A stretch of DNA of 64,000 nucleotides from Brooklawnia sp. (GTDB lineage: Bacteria > Actinomycetota > Actinomycetes > Propionibacteriales > Propionibacteriaceae). Below are positions 1-9,742 of the stretch, piece by piece; within the stretch, counting starts at the first letter, position 1; every line of letters begins with the position of its first letter. The notes below the pieces were generated by a model. The model was not told the DNA's origin. It saw only the letters and a list, made by a program, of their open reading frames with translations, and did not search any database. The translations under genes and the position numbers were made by a program. The stretch is from the NCBI GenBank assembly GCA_040767325.1, contig JAXGOU010000008.1:4934-68933 (forward strand), in the 5' to 3' direction.

Positions 1-320
1 TCCAGGATGCCGATGAAGAAGAAGGCGGCCGCGAAAACGATGGGGTTCGGTGCGAAGCCGGCCACCACCAGCAGGACGGCGGCGCCGAGCGTGCCGACCA
101 GGGATACCTTCAGGGCACCGAAGCGGGCGATCAACCGGGCCGGCAGCGGCCCCGAGGTGATGGCGCCCACGCCCATCGCGGCGACGACGATGCCGTAGAG
201 GCCATCGCCCAGCGCGAAGTTCTGCTTGATCTCGGGCAGCCGGGGCAACAGGTTCATCATCAGCCCGTTAGTCATGAAGGTGAGCGCCACGCCCACCCGA
301 GCCCTGCCCGGCGAAGGCAT
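1..320 (-). CDS. MFS transporter, N-terminal part (runs off window edge)
   Basis: Manual minus-strand translation MPSPGRARVGVALTFMTNGLMMNLLPRLPEIKQNFALGDGLYGIVVAAMGVG...LIARFG; hydrophobic MFS-like helices; not in ORF track. Confidence 0.75.
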   Translation of the reverse strand, partial: MPSPGRARVGVALTFMTNGLMMNLLPRLPEIKQNFALGDGLYGIVVAAMGVGAITSGPLPARLIARFGALKVSLVGTLGAAVLLVVAGFAPNPIVFAAAFFFIGIL

Positions 321-357
321 CCCTGATCCGACCACAGGCGGAGCCTACAGTAGGCCC

Positions 358-1107
358 GTGGAGACGACCACGTTGACGGTTGACTGCGGTGGATCGGGCA
401 TCAAGGCCTCTGTGCTGGACCCCGCCGGGACGCTCAAGGCGCCGGTGGTGCGGGTCGCCACGCCCTATCCACTACCGCCGACGCGGCTGGTTGGGGTGAT
501 TGCCGACCTGGCGTCCCGGCTGCCGCCCGCAGACCGGATGACGGTCGGGATGCCCGGGATGCTTCGGCACGGCGTGGTGATCTCCACGCCGCACTATGTG
601 ACGGTCGCCGGCCCACGGACGCGGGTGCTGCCCGACCTGGTCAGCCAATGGCAGGGGCTGGACTTCCAGACGATGATCAGCCAGGCGATGAATCGGCCGG
701 CGCTGGTGCTCAACGATGCCGAGGTGCATGGCGCTGGCCTGATCACCGGCGCCGGGCTGGAGTTGGTGCTCACCCTGGGCACCGGTCTGGGTTCAGCTCA
801 CTTCGATGGCGGCCGGCTGGCACCGCACCTGGAACTGTCCCGGGGCCCGGTGCGGATGACGATCTTCGATGAGTACGTGGGGGAGCCCGAACGCCGCAGG
901 CTGGGCAACGCGCTGTGGTCGCGGCGGGTGCGCCGGGTGGTCGAAGCCCTGCGTCCGGTATTCCTCTGGGATCGGGTCTACCTGGGCGGTGGGAACGCCA
1001 GCTTCATCTCGGCGTCCGTGCGCGCCCAGTTGGGCGATGACGTGGTGATCGCGCCCAACTCCGCCGGCATCACCGGCGGCCTGCGGGCCTGGTCACTGGT
1101 CGGTTGA
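358..1107 (+). CDS. ROK-family / polyphosphate glucokinase-like kinase
   Basis: VDCGGSGIK, LNDAEVHG, LTLGTGLGSA, YLGGGN motifs; GTG 6 nt after TACAGT -10. Confidence 0.8.
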   Translation: METTTLTVDCGGSGIKASVLDPAGTLKAPVVRVATPYPLPPTRLVGVIADLASRLPPADRMTVGMPGMLRHGVVISTPHYVTVAGPRTRVLPDLVSQWQGLDFQTMISQAMNRPALVLNDAEVHGAGLITGAGLELVLTLGTGLGSAHFDGGRLAPHLELSRGPVRMTIFDEYVGEPERRRLGNALWSRRVRRVVEALRPVFLWDRVYLGGGNASFISASVRAQLGDDVVIAPNSAGITGGLRAWSLVG

Positions 1108-2013
1108 GTCGTCCAGGCCCTTCAGGTACTCCTCGACCTCGGCGCCGATCTGGTCGGCCGTCGGGATCTTCGCCGGCGAGGTCAGCGCACGTTCGGACAT
1201 GAAGCGCTCGTACTGGTCCTCCAGTTGGGCGACGATGTGCTGCGCCTCTTCGGACCGGGCCACCTGGCTCTCGATCTGTTCCCGGGTTGCTATCGCGGCA
1301 GTGTCCAGTCGGCCATCGGACGGCAGGGTCAGCCCGGACACCGGCTGCAACTGGTTGAGCAGCGCGATGGCCGCTTCCGGATAGGCCGAATCAGCCACGT
1401 AGTGCGGCACATGGGCGACCAGCCCGATGACGTCCTTGCCGTGCTCGCCCAACCGGACGGTCAGCAGACCGAGGAAGGACGCGCCCATCTCGAAGGACGC
1501 GGGGATGCCGGCCAGTTCGCCGAGCAGCACCGGGTCGGACGCGAAACCCGACACGTGGATCGGCCGGGTGTGCGGCGTGGGTGCCGGGAAGGACTGCAGG
1601 ATGACCGTGCGGTCGACGCCGAATCGGTCGATCACCGTTTCCACGGCCGCGGCCATCCGCTCCCACTGCAGTGACGGCTCCGGACCGGTCAGCAGCAGGA
1701 AGTCAGAGCCGGACGCGTCGGTCACCTGGTGCAGGTTGATCTGCGGGGCGCGGTACTGCCGGTAGTGGTCATGGTCGAAGACGATCGGCGGACGCCGTCC
1801 GGTGTAGTCGAAGAGCTGGTCGACATCGAAGTCGCCGAGCTTGTGGTTGGCGAACCGCTCCAGCAGGTGCTCGTCGATCAGTTCCTGGGTACTGCCGGCA
1901 TCGCCGTAGCTGCCGAGGGTGACCACCAGGGTCGGGCTCTCGTCGGGGCGGGGCGCGTGGTACTCCTCGTCCAGGTGTGGGGCGGGACGGAAGAGGGCGG
2001 CGGGATCGAGCAT
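1093..2013 (-). CDS. PAC2-family (proteasome assembly chaperone-like) protein
   Basis: DAG, FDVDQLFDYTGRRP, GPEP..QWE, PHTRP, HVPHY motifs; GGAGG RBS before ATG 2013. Confidence 0.85.
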   Translation of the reverse strand: MLDPAALFRPAPHLDEEYHAPRPDESPTLVVTLGSYGDAGSTQELIDEHLLERFANHKLGDFDVDQLFDYTGRRPPIVFDHDHYRQYRAPQINLHQVTDASGSDFLLLTGPEPSLQWERMAAAVETVIDRFGVDRTVILQSFPAPTPHTRPIHVSGFASDPVLLGELAGIPASFEMGASFLGLLTVRLGEHGKDVIGLVAHVPHYVADSAYPEAAIALLNQLQPVSGLTLPSDGRLDTAAIATREQIESQVARSEEAQHIVAQLEDQYERFMSERALTSPAKIPTADQIGAEVEEYLKGLDDSTDQ

Positions 2014-2188
2014 GGTCTTCACCTCCAGTAGGACACTCGGCGGCCATGGGTACAACGCCCGCTCGGGCACAGATATTCCTGCGGCGATATGGGCGCCCGG
2101 ACGGCATTGTCAAGGCCGTCAACCCTGGTGAGCCGAGTGAGAAGACTCTAATTTCCAGGTCACGGCCGCCCCGTCCGCCCCGTCGACT

Positions 2189-2449
2189 GTGTCGGCGATG
2201 TCGGCGCAGAGCGCCCCGAGCGCTCCGTCCGTCCCATCTGCTCCGAGCCCGGTTTCCGCGCAGTCCATCGCGAGCGCCCCCTCGGCTCCCAGCTCTGAGG
2301 TCGCGCCGGCACCGGCTCCGGCTCCTGCCCCCGCGCCGGTTTACCAGGCCCCGGCCCCGGCTCCCGCGCCGGTCTACCAGGCCCCGGTCGAGTACTCGGC
2401 TCCCTCTGCCTACTCGGCCTACTCCGCCCCGTCCGCCGGCTCGAACTGA
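2189..2449 (+). CDS. Ser/Ala/Pro-rich low-complexity peptide, possibly 5'-truncated
   Basis: SAP/SVP/SAY triplets and a 33-nt duplicated APAPVYQAP unit; ends 9 nt before the kinase gene; no signal peptide. Confidence 0.5.
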   Translation: MSAMSAQSAPSAPSVPSAPSPVSAQSIASAPSAPSSEVAPAPAPAPAPAPVYQAPAPAPAPVYQAPVEYSAPSAYSAYSAPSAGSN

Positions 2450-2458
2450 CCAACGGCC

Positions 2459-3623
2459 GTGCTCGACCTGCTCACCGGTGCGGATACCGGAAGGATGCTC
2501 CAGTCAGCCTTGACCGGACGTCCCGACGCGACACTCGACGATTTCGACTACCAGATCACCCGGGTCCTCTCCCGCCCGGGAGCCGAATCGACAGTGATCT
2601 ATCGCGTCCGGTACCGCATCGGTGAGCAGCAGGTGACCGACCAGTTGGTGGCAACCGATGCCCCGGTCGACACCGGCGTCCAGCTCAGTCTGGGCGACAA
2701 GACCATCGCCATTTGGCGACACCCCGCGGATCCAGCGCTCCCCACGCTGGCCGCAGCCTGTGACCCCGGAACCCCAGCCGGGGTCACAGGCGCTCCCATT
2801 CTCAGCACCGAGTTGTTGGTCTACCGGCCGCTGCGACGAGCGGTCGTCGAAGTGGTCAGCGGTCCAGCTGAATCCCCCCAAACCACCTACCTGAAGGTGC
2901 TTCGCCCCGAGGTGGTCGACGAGGTCGTCCGGCGGCATCAGCTCTTCGCTGACGCCGGTATCGGCCCGGCCATCCGGCACCTCGACCCAGCAGGCCTGCT
3001 GGTCCTGGACCGGGCACCGGGGGAGAAGCTCTCCGACCTGTTGTCGGCCGCCCAGCGCGGCGAGGCCGGCCCCCCGCCCGGCCCCCGCGCCCTGCTGGCG
3101 GCACTCGACCGGCTACCCGCCGACGTGCTCGACCTGCCCGCGCATCCGTCCTGGACATCGAAGACCGCCTTCCACACGAAACTGGCGGTGCAAACGTTGC
3201 CCGACCTGGCTCCCGAGATCGAGCAGATCGGTGCCCGCATCACCGAACTTGCCAACCACTACCCGGGTTGGCGAGCTGGTCCCCACCCATGGGGACTGCT
3301 ATGAGGCCAACGTCTTCTTCGATGGATCGCGGGCAACCTTCATCGACCTGGACACCGCGGGCCCCGGGCATCGCGTCGACGCCCTGGCCTGCATGCTGGC
3401 CCACCTGGCCGTGCTGCCCCAGTTGTCGTCCTACCACTACCCGCAGGGAAACGAAGTGCTCGCGCACTGGTACGCCGAGTTCGTGCAACACGTCGATCCC
3501 GGTGCGCTGGCCGTCCGGGTCGCGGGCGTGCTGCTCAGCCTGGTCGGCAACTGCTCCCGCGACAGCGCGTTGCACCGACTCGACCTGGTTCGTAGTTGGC
3601 TGTTGCGTGCCGCGATGGTTTGA
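2459..3623 (+). pseudogene. APH/choline-kinase-like phosphotransferase split by a frameshift near 3262
   Basis: N-half YRPLRRAV and YLKV; C-half HGDCYEAN and FIDLD in another frame. Confidence 0.75.
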
Positions 3624-3663
3624 GCGTTCGTCCTGCAGCGCGGGTTGCTGCCAGCATGGAGCC

Positions 3664-4107
3664 ATGACCGAAACTGAGCGCAAGCGGACGACAGTGACCC
3701 TGACCCGGGTGTCGCAGCAACGATATGAGGTGCGCAATTCGCGCGGCACGGTGATCGAGGTCGCCACCGAAGGGGACCACTTCCGTCCCGGCGAGCTCTT
3801 CCTGGCCGCCATCGCCGCCTGCTCATCGGTGGACGTGGACGTCATGACGAGCCGGCGCGCCGAGCCGAACGTCTTCGTGGTGAAGAGTTCCGCGCACAAG
3901 TCGACCGAGGGCGGCAACCACTTCGAGGACATCGAGGTCAGCTTCAAGTTGCGCTTCCCGGCCGGTGAGCAGGGGCAGGCCGCGCGGGACCGGATCGCGG
4001 CCGCAGTCAAGGCCTCCCACGAGCGCGAATGCACGGTCTCCCGAACGATCGAGGCGGGCACCCCGGTGAAGTTCGTCGTCGACGACCAGGACTGGGTGGA
4101 CGCCTAG
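3664..4107 (+). CDS. OsmC/Ohr-family protein
   Basis: FRPGELFLAAIAACSSVD and ECTVSRTI two-Cys pattern. Confidence 0.85.
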   Translation: MTETERKRTTVTLTRVSQQRYEVRNSRGTVIEVATEGDHFRPGELFLAAIAACSSVDVDVMTSRRAEPNVFVVKSSAHKSTEGGNHFEDIEVSFKLRFPAGEQGQAARDRIAAAVKASHERECTVSRTIEAGTPVKFVVDDQDWVDA

Positions 4108-4940
4108 GGCACCGAGATCCCGGCCTGGTCGAGATAGTCAAGGAACTGGGCGTAGCTCATCCCCGAGCCGAAATCGCGACCGGACTGCCGCGCATCGGTC
4201 TCGTCCGGCTGGGCGAGGTAGTAGGGGTACCTCGGGTGCTGCGCGGTGTCCACCGAGACGTACGGGTTGCGCGCCATCGACCAGACCTCATCGACGGTCA
4301 GCCCGTATGACAGGAAGGGATCGGGGATGTCGCCCGCCCGGATGTCCATCACCGTCTGGTCCGACAACGTGTCCAAGGTACTGCGCGCTTCCTGGACCGC
4401 GTGCTGATCTCGTGCGCGGCGGCGTTGAAGATACCGGGGATTGGGGTCGCTCAGGTTCTCGGTGTTGATGTGGATGGACTCGCCTCGGAACGTGAAGAAG
4501 CCAAGCTCGATCGACTTCTGGTAGTAGCCGGACATGTTCTCGTCGGCGGTGCCAGCGAACGACCGGAAGGTGACCGTGATGCTCGGCACGACGCCGGACG
4601 ATCAGCCGGTCGCGGATGAATGCGGCGAGCACCGCCTCCTGCTCGGCGGGATCGAGCACCTGGCTGGCGACCTGCGGGTCGGCGTAGCCATAGTCAGCGG
4701 GCACCAGGCCGTCGGGCAAGCAGATCCGCCGAATTGGGCGTGTCCGGCAGGCGAGGACGTGGATGGTCAGCGCGTCGGTGATGTCGGTGGCGGCTGCGTT
4801 GGCGATGTCGTTGAGGGCGCGCCGGGCCGCCAGCACTTCGGCCTGGAAGAGCATCGGCCGCGACCGGGTTGGCGTTGGTCGACAGCAGGACTCGAAGTCG
4901 TCGATCGCCCGGTCCCACGAGTCGGGGTCGAAGTCGTCAT
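4104..4940 (-). pseudogene. Eroded WXG100-like gene start fused by deletion to a zinc-metallopeptidase effector
   Basis: FDPDSWD matches FDPASWD of 13217-13546; C-terminus DPF..YG...DEV..M...Y.AQP.E.DAR..GR..G.GMSY..F....QAG matches 12150-13217; several frameshifts. Confidence 0.75.
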
Positions 4941-5237
4941 CGGCCGTCCTCCTGTTCGGCGATGCGCTCAGCAGCCAGGTCGGCACCTGGGTAGTCGCGG
5001 GCAGTTTCCGCCGCGAAACGCGTTGGAAGGCTTCGGTGAACTCGGCCTGCTGCGCGTCCAGTGCCTTGTTGACGGTCTCCCCGACGGCGGCCTCCAACGC
5101 GTGCGGCCGGTCGGGATCGATCAACGCGAGCGGATCGAATCGACGAAGCCGTCGGTGACCCCGACGCGCACCTGATGGTCGGCGGACGAGGCCACCGCAG
5201 CAATGTTGAGCAACTCAGGGCGGGGAGGTTGGGTCAT
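4937..5237 (-). pseudogene. YbaB/EbfC-like protein, frameshifted
   Basis: GAAGGAG RBS then MTQPPRPELLNIAAVASSADHQVRVGV...LIDPDRPHALEAAVGETVNKALDAQQAEF, aligning with the repeats in 13546-14088. Confidence 0.7.
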
Positions 5238-5286
5238 CGTGGTCTCCTTCCCGACCAACCTACCCAGCCGTGGGTGCGGCACCGCA

Positions 5287-5360
5287 CTGAATGGAGCGCA
5301 CTCGATGGCCCAAAGCGCCCGAGAAAGCGCTTGCCGGACGCACGAGTGCGCTCAATTCAG
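5287..5360. repeat. 74-bp element with 18-bp terminal inverted repeats (REPIN/MITE-like or terminator)
   Basis: CTGAATGGAGCGCACTCG ... CGAGTGCGCTCAATTCAG, 1 mismatch. Confidence 0.7.
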
Positions 5361-5369
5361 GGTTCGGCC

Positions 5370-6308
5370 TCAGGCCAGGGGCAGATCCACGGCCGAGCGC
5401 AGCGCCTCCAGCACCAGCGGCGACCCGTCGGAGTGCAGCGTGCAGTTCGGGGCGACGATCAACCGGTCATCGGCTGCCCGGCGGGCCCGCAGCACCGCCT
5501 CGGTGGCCTGCGACGGCGTCCAGTAGAGGCTGGTGATCTCGTTCAGCCCCAGCATCGGCACCCAGCCGTAGGTCTGCGCGGCCTGCTCGATGGTGGGGGC
5601 CGACACCTCGTCCGACCAGTTGAGCACCTCGATCGGGTAGTCCTTGATCAGTTCGGGGTCGGCACCCTCGCCGTGCAGGTGGCCGATGCGCACCAACGCG
5701 GACGCAGCCGCCAGCACCTGCCGGTCGTGTGGGGCGATCCACTCCCGGAAGGACGCGCGGTCGAGCCCGTAACTGGTGGGGTCGGTGCTGGCGCCGTTGA
5801 CGGCGAAGAAGACCGAGTCCACCCCCAGGTCGGGCAATCGGGACGCCCAGGCCGACAGCACGTCGGCCACCCGCGAGATGGTGCGTTGGGCCAGGTCTGC
5901 GTCCTGCTTGAAGTACTCGATCACGTTGACACCCAGCGCCCGGACCAGCGTCTGGGCGGGGGAGAAGATGGTCTCGATGATGGCGGCCTCCGGGGCCTGC
6001 TCCCGAATCAGCCGCAGCACCTCAGCCTGCTTGGCATGGTTGGCGTAGATCGCGTCCGGGTCGGCGGCGACCTGCTCGAGTTGTCCGGGGTCGGTGATCT
6101 CGGTTAGGCCCTCGGGCACCTGCAGCCGGTAGTCGTCCATCACCTTGATGTAGTCCCAGTCGTACTGGTGGTAGAAGCGCAGGTGCGCCTCGGCGACCTG
6201 CTCCGGCGTCCAGTAACTGGAGCCGTAGTGGATCCACGCTCCGACCGGGGGCCGGTCGGTCTGTTCGCCGCGGGCGGCTGCCAGGAATCGGTCACGTTTG
6301 CTGGTCAT
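5370..6308 (-). CDS. Uroporphyrinogen decarboxylase/MtaA (URO-D/CIMS-like) family protein, not canonical HemE
   Basis: DRPPV.AWIH, DYIKVM, TIFSP, HLHG, APNC; lacks HemE RQAGR. Confidence 0.8.
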   Translation of the reverse strand: MTSKRDRFLAAARGEQTDRPPVGAWIHYGSSYWTPEQVAEAHLRFYHQYDWDYIKVMDDYRLQVPEGLTEITDPGQLEQVAADPDAIYANHAKQAEVLRLIREQAPEAAIIETIFSPAQTLVRALGVNVIEYFKQDADLAQRTISRVADVLSAWASRLPDLGVDSVFFAVNGASTDPTSYGLDRASFREWIAPHDRQVLAAASALVRIGHLHGEGADPELIKDYPIEVLNWSDEVSAPTIEQAAQTYGWVPMLGLNEITSLYWTPSQATEAVLRARRAADDRLIVAPNCTLHSDGSPLVLEALRSAVDLPLA

Positions 6309-7047
6309 ACTGTTACTCCATTCGTCATAGTCCGGCCCAGGTACGCTTCCTGGACTCGTGGGTTGTTCAGTAGTTCGTCGGCCGCGCCGTCCAACACCAA
6401 CTGGCCGGTGGCCAGCACGTATGCGTGATGGGCGATCGATAGGGCGAGTTCGGCCTGCTGTTCCACCATCAGCACCGCCACGCCCAGTTCGCGGTTGAGG
6501 TCGGCGATGGTGGCCAGCACCTCGTCCACCAATCGGGGCGAAAGCCCCATGGTGGGTTCGTCCATGCAGATCAGCCGGGGCCGACTCATCAGGGCGCGGG
6601 CGAAGGCCAGCATCTGCTGTTCGCCGCCCGACAAGGTGCCGGCGCGCTGGTTGCGGCGTTCGGCGAGCCTGGGGAAGCGGGTGTACTGCTGGTCGAGGTC
6701 GGCCCGGATCTGCGCCCGATCACTGCGGGTGTAGGCACCCATGATCAGGTTCTCCTCGACACTCATCGGGGCGAACACCCGGCGCGCTTCCGGCACCGAG
6801 GCGATCCCGGCCGCGACCCGCCTGGCGGTGGGCCAGCCGGTGATCTCGGTTCCGTCGAAGGTGATGGTTCCCGATGTCGGACGCAGCAGGCCCAGGATGG
6901 TCTTCATCGTGGTCGACTTGCCGGACGCGTTGCCGCCGAGCAGCGAGACGATCGCGCCTCTGGGCACCACCAGACTGATCTGCCGAGCGCCTTCACCGGC
7001 CCGCAGCGCACATCCACCTCGGACAGTTCGAGCAGATGGTCAGACAT
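6305..7047 (-). CDS. LivF-like ABC ATPase, frameshift near 6985
   Basis: GGNASGKST, LSGGEQQM, MDEP; N-terminus MSDHLLELSEVDV in another frame. Confidence 0.8.
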
Positions 7048-7915
7048 GGTCGTCTCCGATCGAGTCGTTGGTGCGGCGTCGGGCGTGCTCGGCGTTGCCG
7101 AGGTAGGCGTCGATCACCGCCTGGTCGTTGCGCACCTGTTGCGGTGGGCCGGCGGCGATCACCTTGCCGCCGTCCATCACGTAGACCCAGTCCGACAGCG
7201 CCATCACCAGGTCGAGTTTGTGCTCGACCAGCAGGATGGTTTGCCCGGCAGCCTTGAGTTCGAGCAGTTGCTCGAGCATCTCGGCGGTCTCGGACTGGTT
7301 CATGCCGGCGGTCGGTTCGTCGAGCACCAGCAGCGTCGGTTCGCCGACCAGCGTCCGGGCGATCTCGGTGCGCCGCCGGTTGGCGTAGCTGAGGGTGTAG
7401 GTCAGGTTCGACCGGCGTGGGCCGAGTCGTTCGGCGAAGCGGTTCACCTGGGCGGCCACCCGTCGGTCGATCTGTTGCTTCTCCCGTCGGACACTGCCCA
7501 GGGGCACAAGCGCGGTCAGCACCTCGGCGGCCAGTGGCAGCCAGGCCAACAGGGGATTGCCGGCGAACTGCTTGAACGGCCGGTGGGCCACCAGGTCGCG
7601 GTGCGTACCGACCTCGATGTTCTCGTCGACCGTGAGGTTGCCGAAGACGCGTCCGTTCTGGAAGGTGCGCAGCACCCCGGCTTCGGCCACCTGGACCGGA
7701 TGGCGGGCCGCAATCACCTGGCCGTTGATCTCGATCCGGCCGCCATCGGGACGCAGCACCCCGGTGATCAGGTTCAGCGTGGTGGTCTTGCCTGATCCGT
7801 TGGGACCGATGATCGCGATGGCCTGGCCCGGCTGCACGTCCAGGTCGATCTCGTCGACCGCCTTGAGTCCGCTGAATCGGCGGCTCAGTCCTCGCACTGT
7901 CAATACCGCGGTCAT
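7040..7915 (-). CDS. LivG-like ABC ATPase
   Basis: GPNGSGKTT, RTFQN, LSYANRRR, LDEPTAG, VIDAYLG; start MTAVL after GGAGGG. Confidence 0.9.
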   Translation of the reverse strand: MTAVLTVRGLSRRFSGLKAVDEIDLDVQPGQAIAIIGPNGSGKTTTLNLITGVLRPDGGRIEINGQVIAARHPVQVAEAGVLRTFQNGRVFGNLTVDENIEVGTHRDLVAHRPFKQFAGNPLLAWLPLAAEVLTALVPLGSVRREKQQIDRRVAAQVNRFAERLGPRRSNLTYTLSYANRRRTEIARTLVGEPTLLVLDEPTAGMNQSETAEMLEQLLELKAAGQTILLVEHKLDLVMALSDWVYVMDGGKVIAAGPPQQVRNDQAVIDAYLGNAEHARRRTNDSIGDDHV

Positions 7916-9732
7916 GCCGCCCTCCTCGTCCACAGGCCTTGGGGTCGGAAGCGGATCATCGCGATCATGATCATGCCGTAGAGCAGGATTCGTGCGTCCG
8001 GTGCGATACGCAGCGCCTCGGGCAACCCGACCAGCACGATTGACCCGATGACGGCACCGAACGGTGAGTTCAGCCCGCCCAGCACGATGATCGTCAGCAC
8101 CAGCACCGACATCTGGATCGGGAAGACCGTGGGGTCGAGGTAGTTGTACTGGTGGGCGAGCAATGAGCCGGCGAGCCCGGCGAAGAAGGCCGAGATCGCG
8201 TAGGCCAGCGCCTTGTAGTCGCGGGTGTGGATGCCGAGCGAGCGGGCCGCCACCTCGTCCGAGCCCACCGAGGCGAGGACGATGCCCAGGTGCGAGGTCC
8301 GCAGCCGGATGGTGATCGCCAGCGTGATGGCCAGCACCGCCAGATCGAGCAGGTAGTGGCCGCGAGCGGTGAGCAGCGGCAACCCGAAGATCTCGGGGGC
8401 GGGGATGCCGGTCAACCCGTAGGCGCCCTGGGTCACCTGGTCCCAGTTGCGGATCACCGCCAGCACCACGAAGCCCAGCGCCAGGGTGGCCAGCGAGACA
8501 TAGTGCCCGCCCAGCCGCCAGATCGGCAGTGTGATGAACGTCGCGATCAGGGCCGCCAGCACCCCGGCCAGCGGCAGGGCCAGCAGGAAGGGCACGTCGA
8601 GGCGCATCACCAGCAACGCGGACGCGTAGGCGCCGATCGCCACGGGAGCTGCCTGGCCGATGGAGATCTGACCGGTCGACCCGGCGAGCAGGGTCATCGG
8701 GACGGCCATGATGGCGTAGATCGCCACCTGCGTCCCGACCGCACTCAGCACGGGACCACCCAGCAGCGGAACTCCGACCGCTGCGACGGCGGCGACGACC
8801 AGCCAATGCCACCAGCGCAGCGCGATCGAGCGTCCGGCGCCCAGGAAGGTACCGGTCATGGGTTCCTGACTGGTGGCATGCCGGGCGCCGAACAGGCCGT
8901 GCTGGCGGACCAGCAGCATGACCAGGAAGATGCCGAAGATGAACAGGTCGCGGAAGCCGTCACCGAAGGTGTAGACCCCGATGGCCTCCAGCAGCCCGAT
9001 CAGCACCCCGCCGACAACCGCCCCGACGATCGATCCCAGACCGCCCACGGCGGCGGCGATGAAACCGACGGTGCCGGTGAAGGCGGCTGACAGCGGGGAG
9101 ACCACCGCTGAGAACATGCCGAAGAAGACGCCGGCCACCCCGCCCAGCAGGCTGGCCAACATGAAGGACAGGTTCTGGATGCGCGCCACCGGGACGCCCA
9201 TCTGCTGGGCGGCGTCCGGGTCGGCGGCGGTGGCCCGGATGGCCTGCCCGTCGCGTCCGAACGTCAGCCAGGCCCACAGCCCGGCCATCGCGAGCACCGT
9301 GAACCCGAAGGCCACCAGGTCGCTGGTGCCGAGCCGGACCCCGCCGAGGGCGATGTTGTCGGTGGGCAGCGGTTCGGGGTAGGCGCGGGTGTCTGCGCCG
9401 AAGATGATCTGGCTGAGGTTGTCCAGCACCATGGACGCGGCGAAGGTGGCCAAGAGTGCTGCGATGGGCGGTGCCTTGATCAGCGGACGCACCGCCGCGA
9501 GGTTGATGAGATAGCCGATCAACGCGCTGGCGATGCCCACGGCGACCAGGCCGACCCACCAGGGCCAGCCCAGCACGCCGATGAACCACCAGCCCAACAT
9601 CGCCCCGAAGCCCACCACCGAGCCCTGGGCGAAGTTGACCACGTTGGTCACGCCGAAGATGAGGGAGATGCCCACGGCAACGAGTGCGTACACGTTGCCG
9701 TGGACAAGTCCCGAGATGATCGTGTCAAGCAT
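7912..9732 (-). CDS. Fused LivH-LivM-type ABC permease
   Basis: LivH motif GISLIFGVTNVVNFAQG followed by LivM motifs GQISIGQA and LGGHYVSLATL. Confidence 0.9.
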   Translation of the reverse strand: MLDTIISGLVHGNVYALVAVGISLIFGVTNVVNFAQGSVVGFGAMLGWWFIGVLGWPWWVGLVAVGIASALIGYLINLAAVRPLIKAPPIAALLATFAASMVLDNLSQIIFGADTRAYPEPLPTDNIALGGVRLGTSDLVAFGFTVLAMAGLWAWLTFGRDGQAIRATAADPDAAQQMGVPVARIQNLSFMLASLLGGVAGVFFGMFSAVVSPLSAAFTGTVGFIAAAVGGLGSIVGAVVGGVLIGLLEAIGVYTFGDGFRDLFIFGIFLVMLLVRQHGLFGARHATSQEPMTGTFLGAGRSIALRWWHWLVVAAVAAVGVPLLGGPVLSAVGTQVAIYAIMAVPMTLLAGSTGQISIGQAAPVAIGAYASALLVMRLDVPFLLALPLAGVLAALIATFITLPIWRLGGHYVSLATLALGFVVLAVIRNWDQVTQGAYGLTGIPAPEIFGLPLLTARGHYLLDLAVLAITLAITIRLRTSHLGIVLASVGSDEVAARSLGIHTRDYKALAYAISAFFAGLAGSLLAHQYNYLDPTVFPIQMSVLVLTIIVLGGLNSPFGAVIGSIVLVGLPEALRIAPDARILLYGMIMIAMIRFRPQGLWTRRAA

Positions 9733-9742
9733 GGACAGCGGC

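Noticed and set aside
3255-3270. Programmed ribosomal frameshift in the APH gene (also considered for uvrA)
   Set aside because: No slippery heptamer or stimulatory structure; error or mutation is simpler
5370-6308. hemE assignment
   Set aside because: Lacks the RQAGR motif and has no tetrapyrrole gene context
7916-8812. N-terminal extension making a 590-aa LivG fusion
   Set aside because: Arg/Gly-rich off-frame read of the permease; the real start is at 7915 with an RBS
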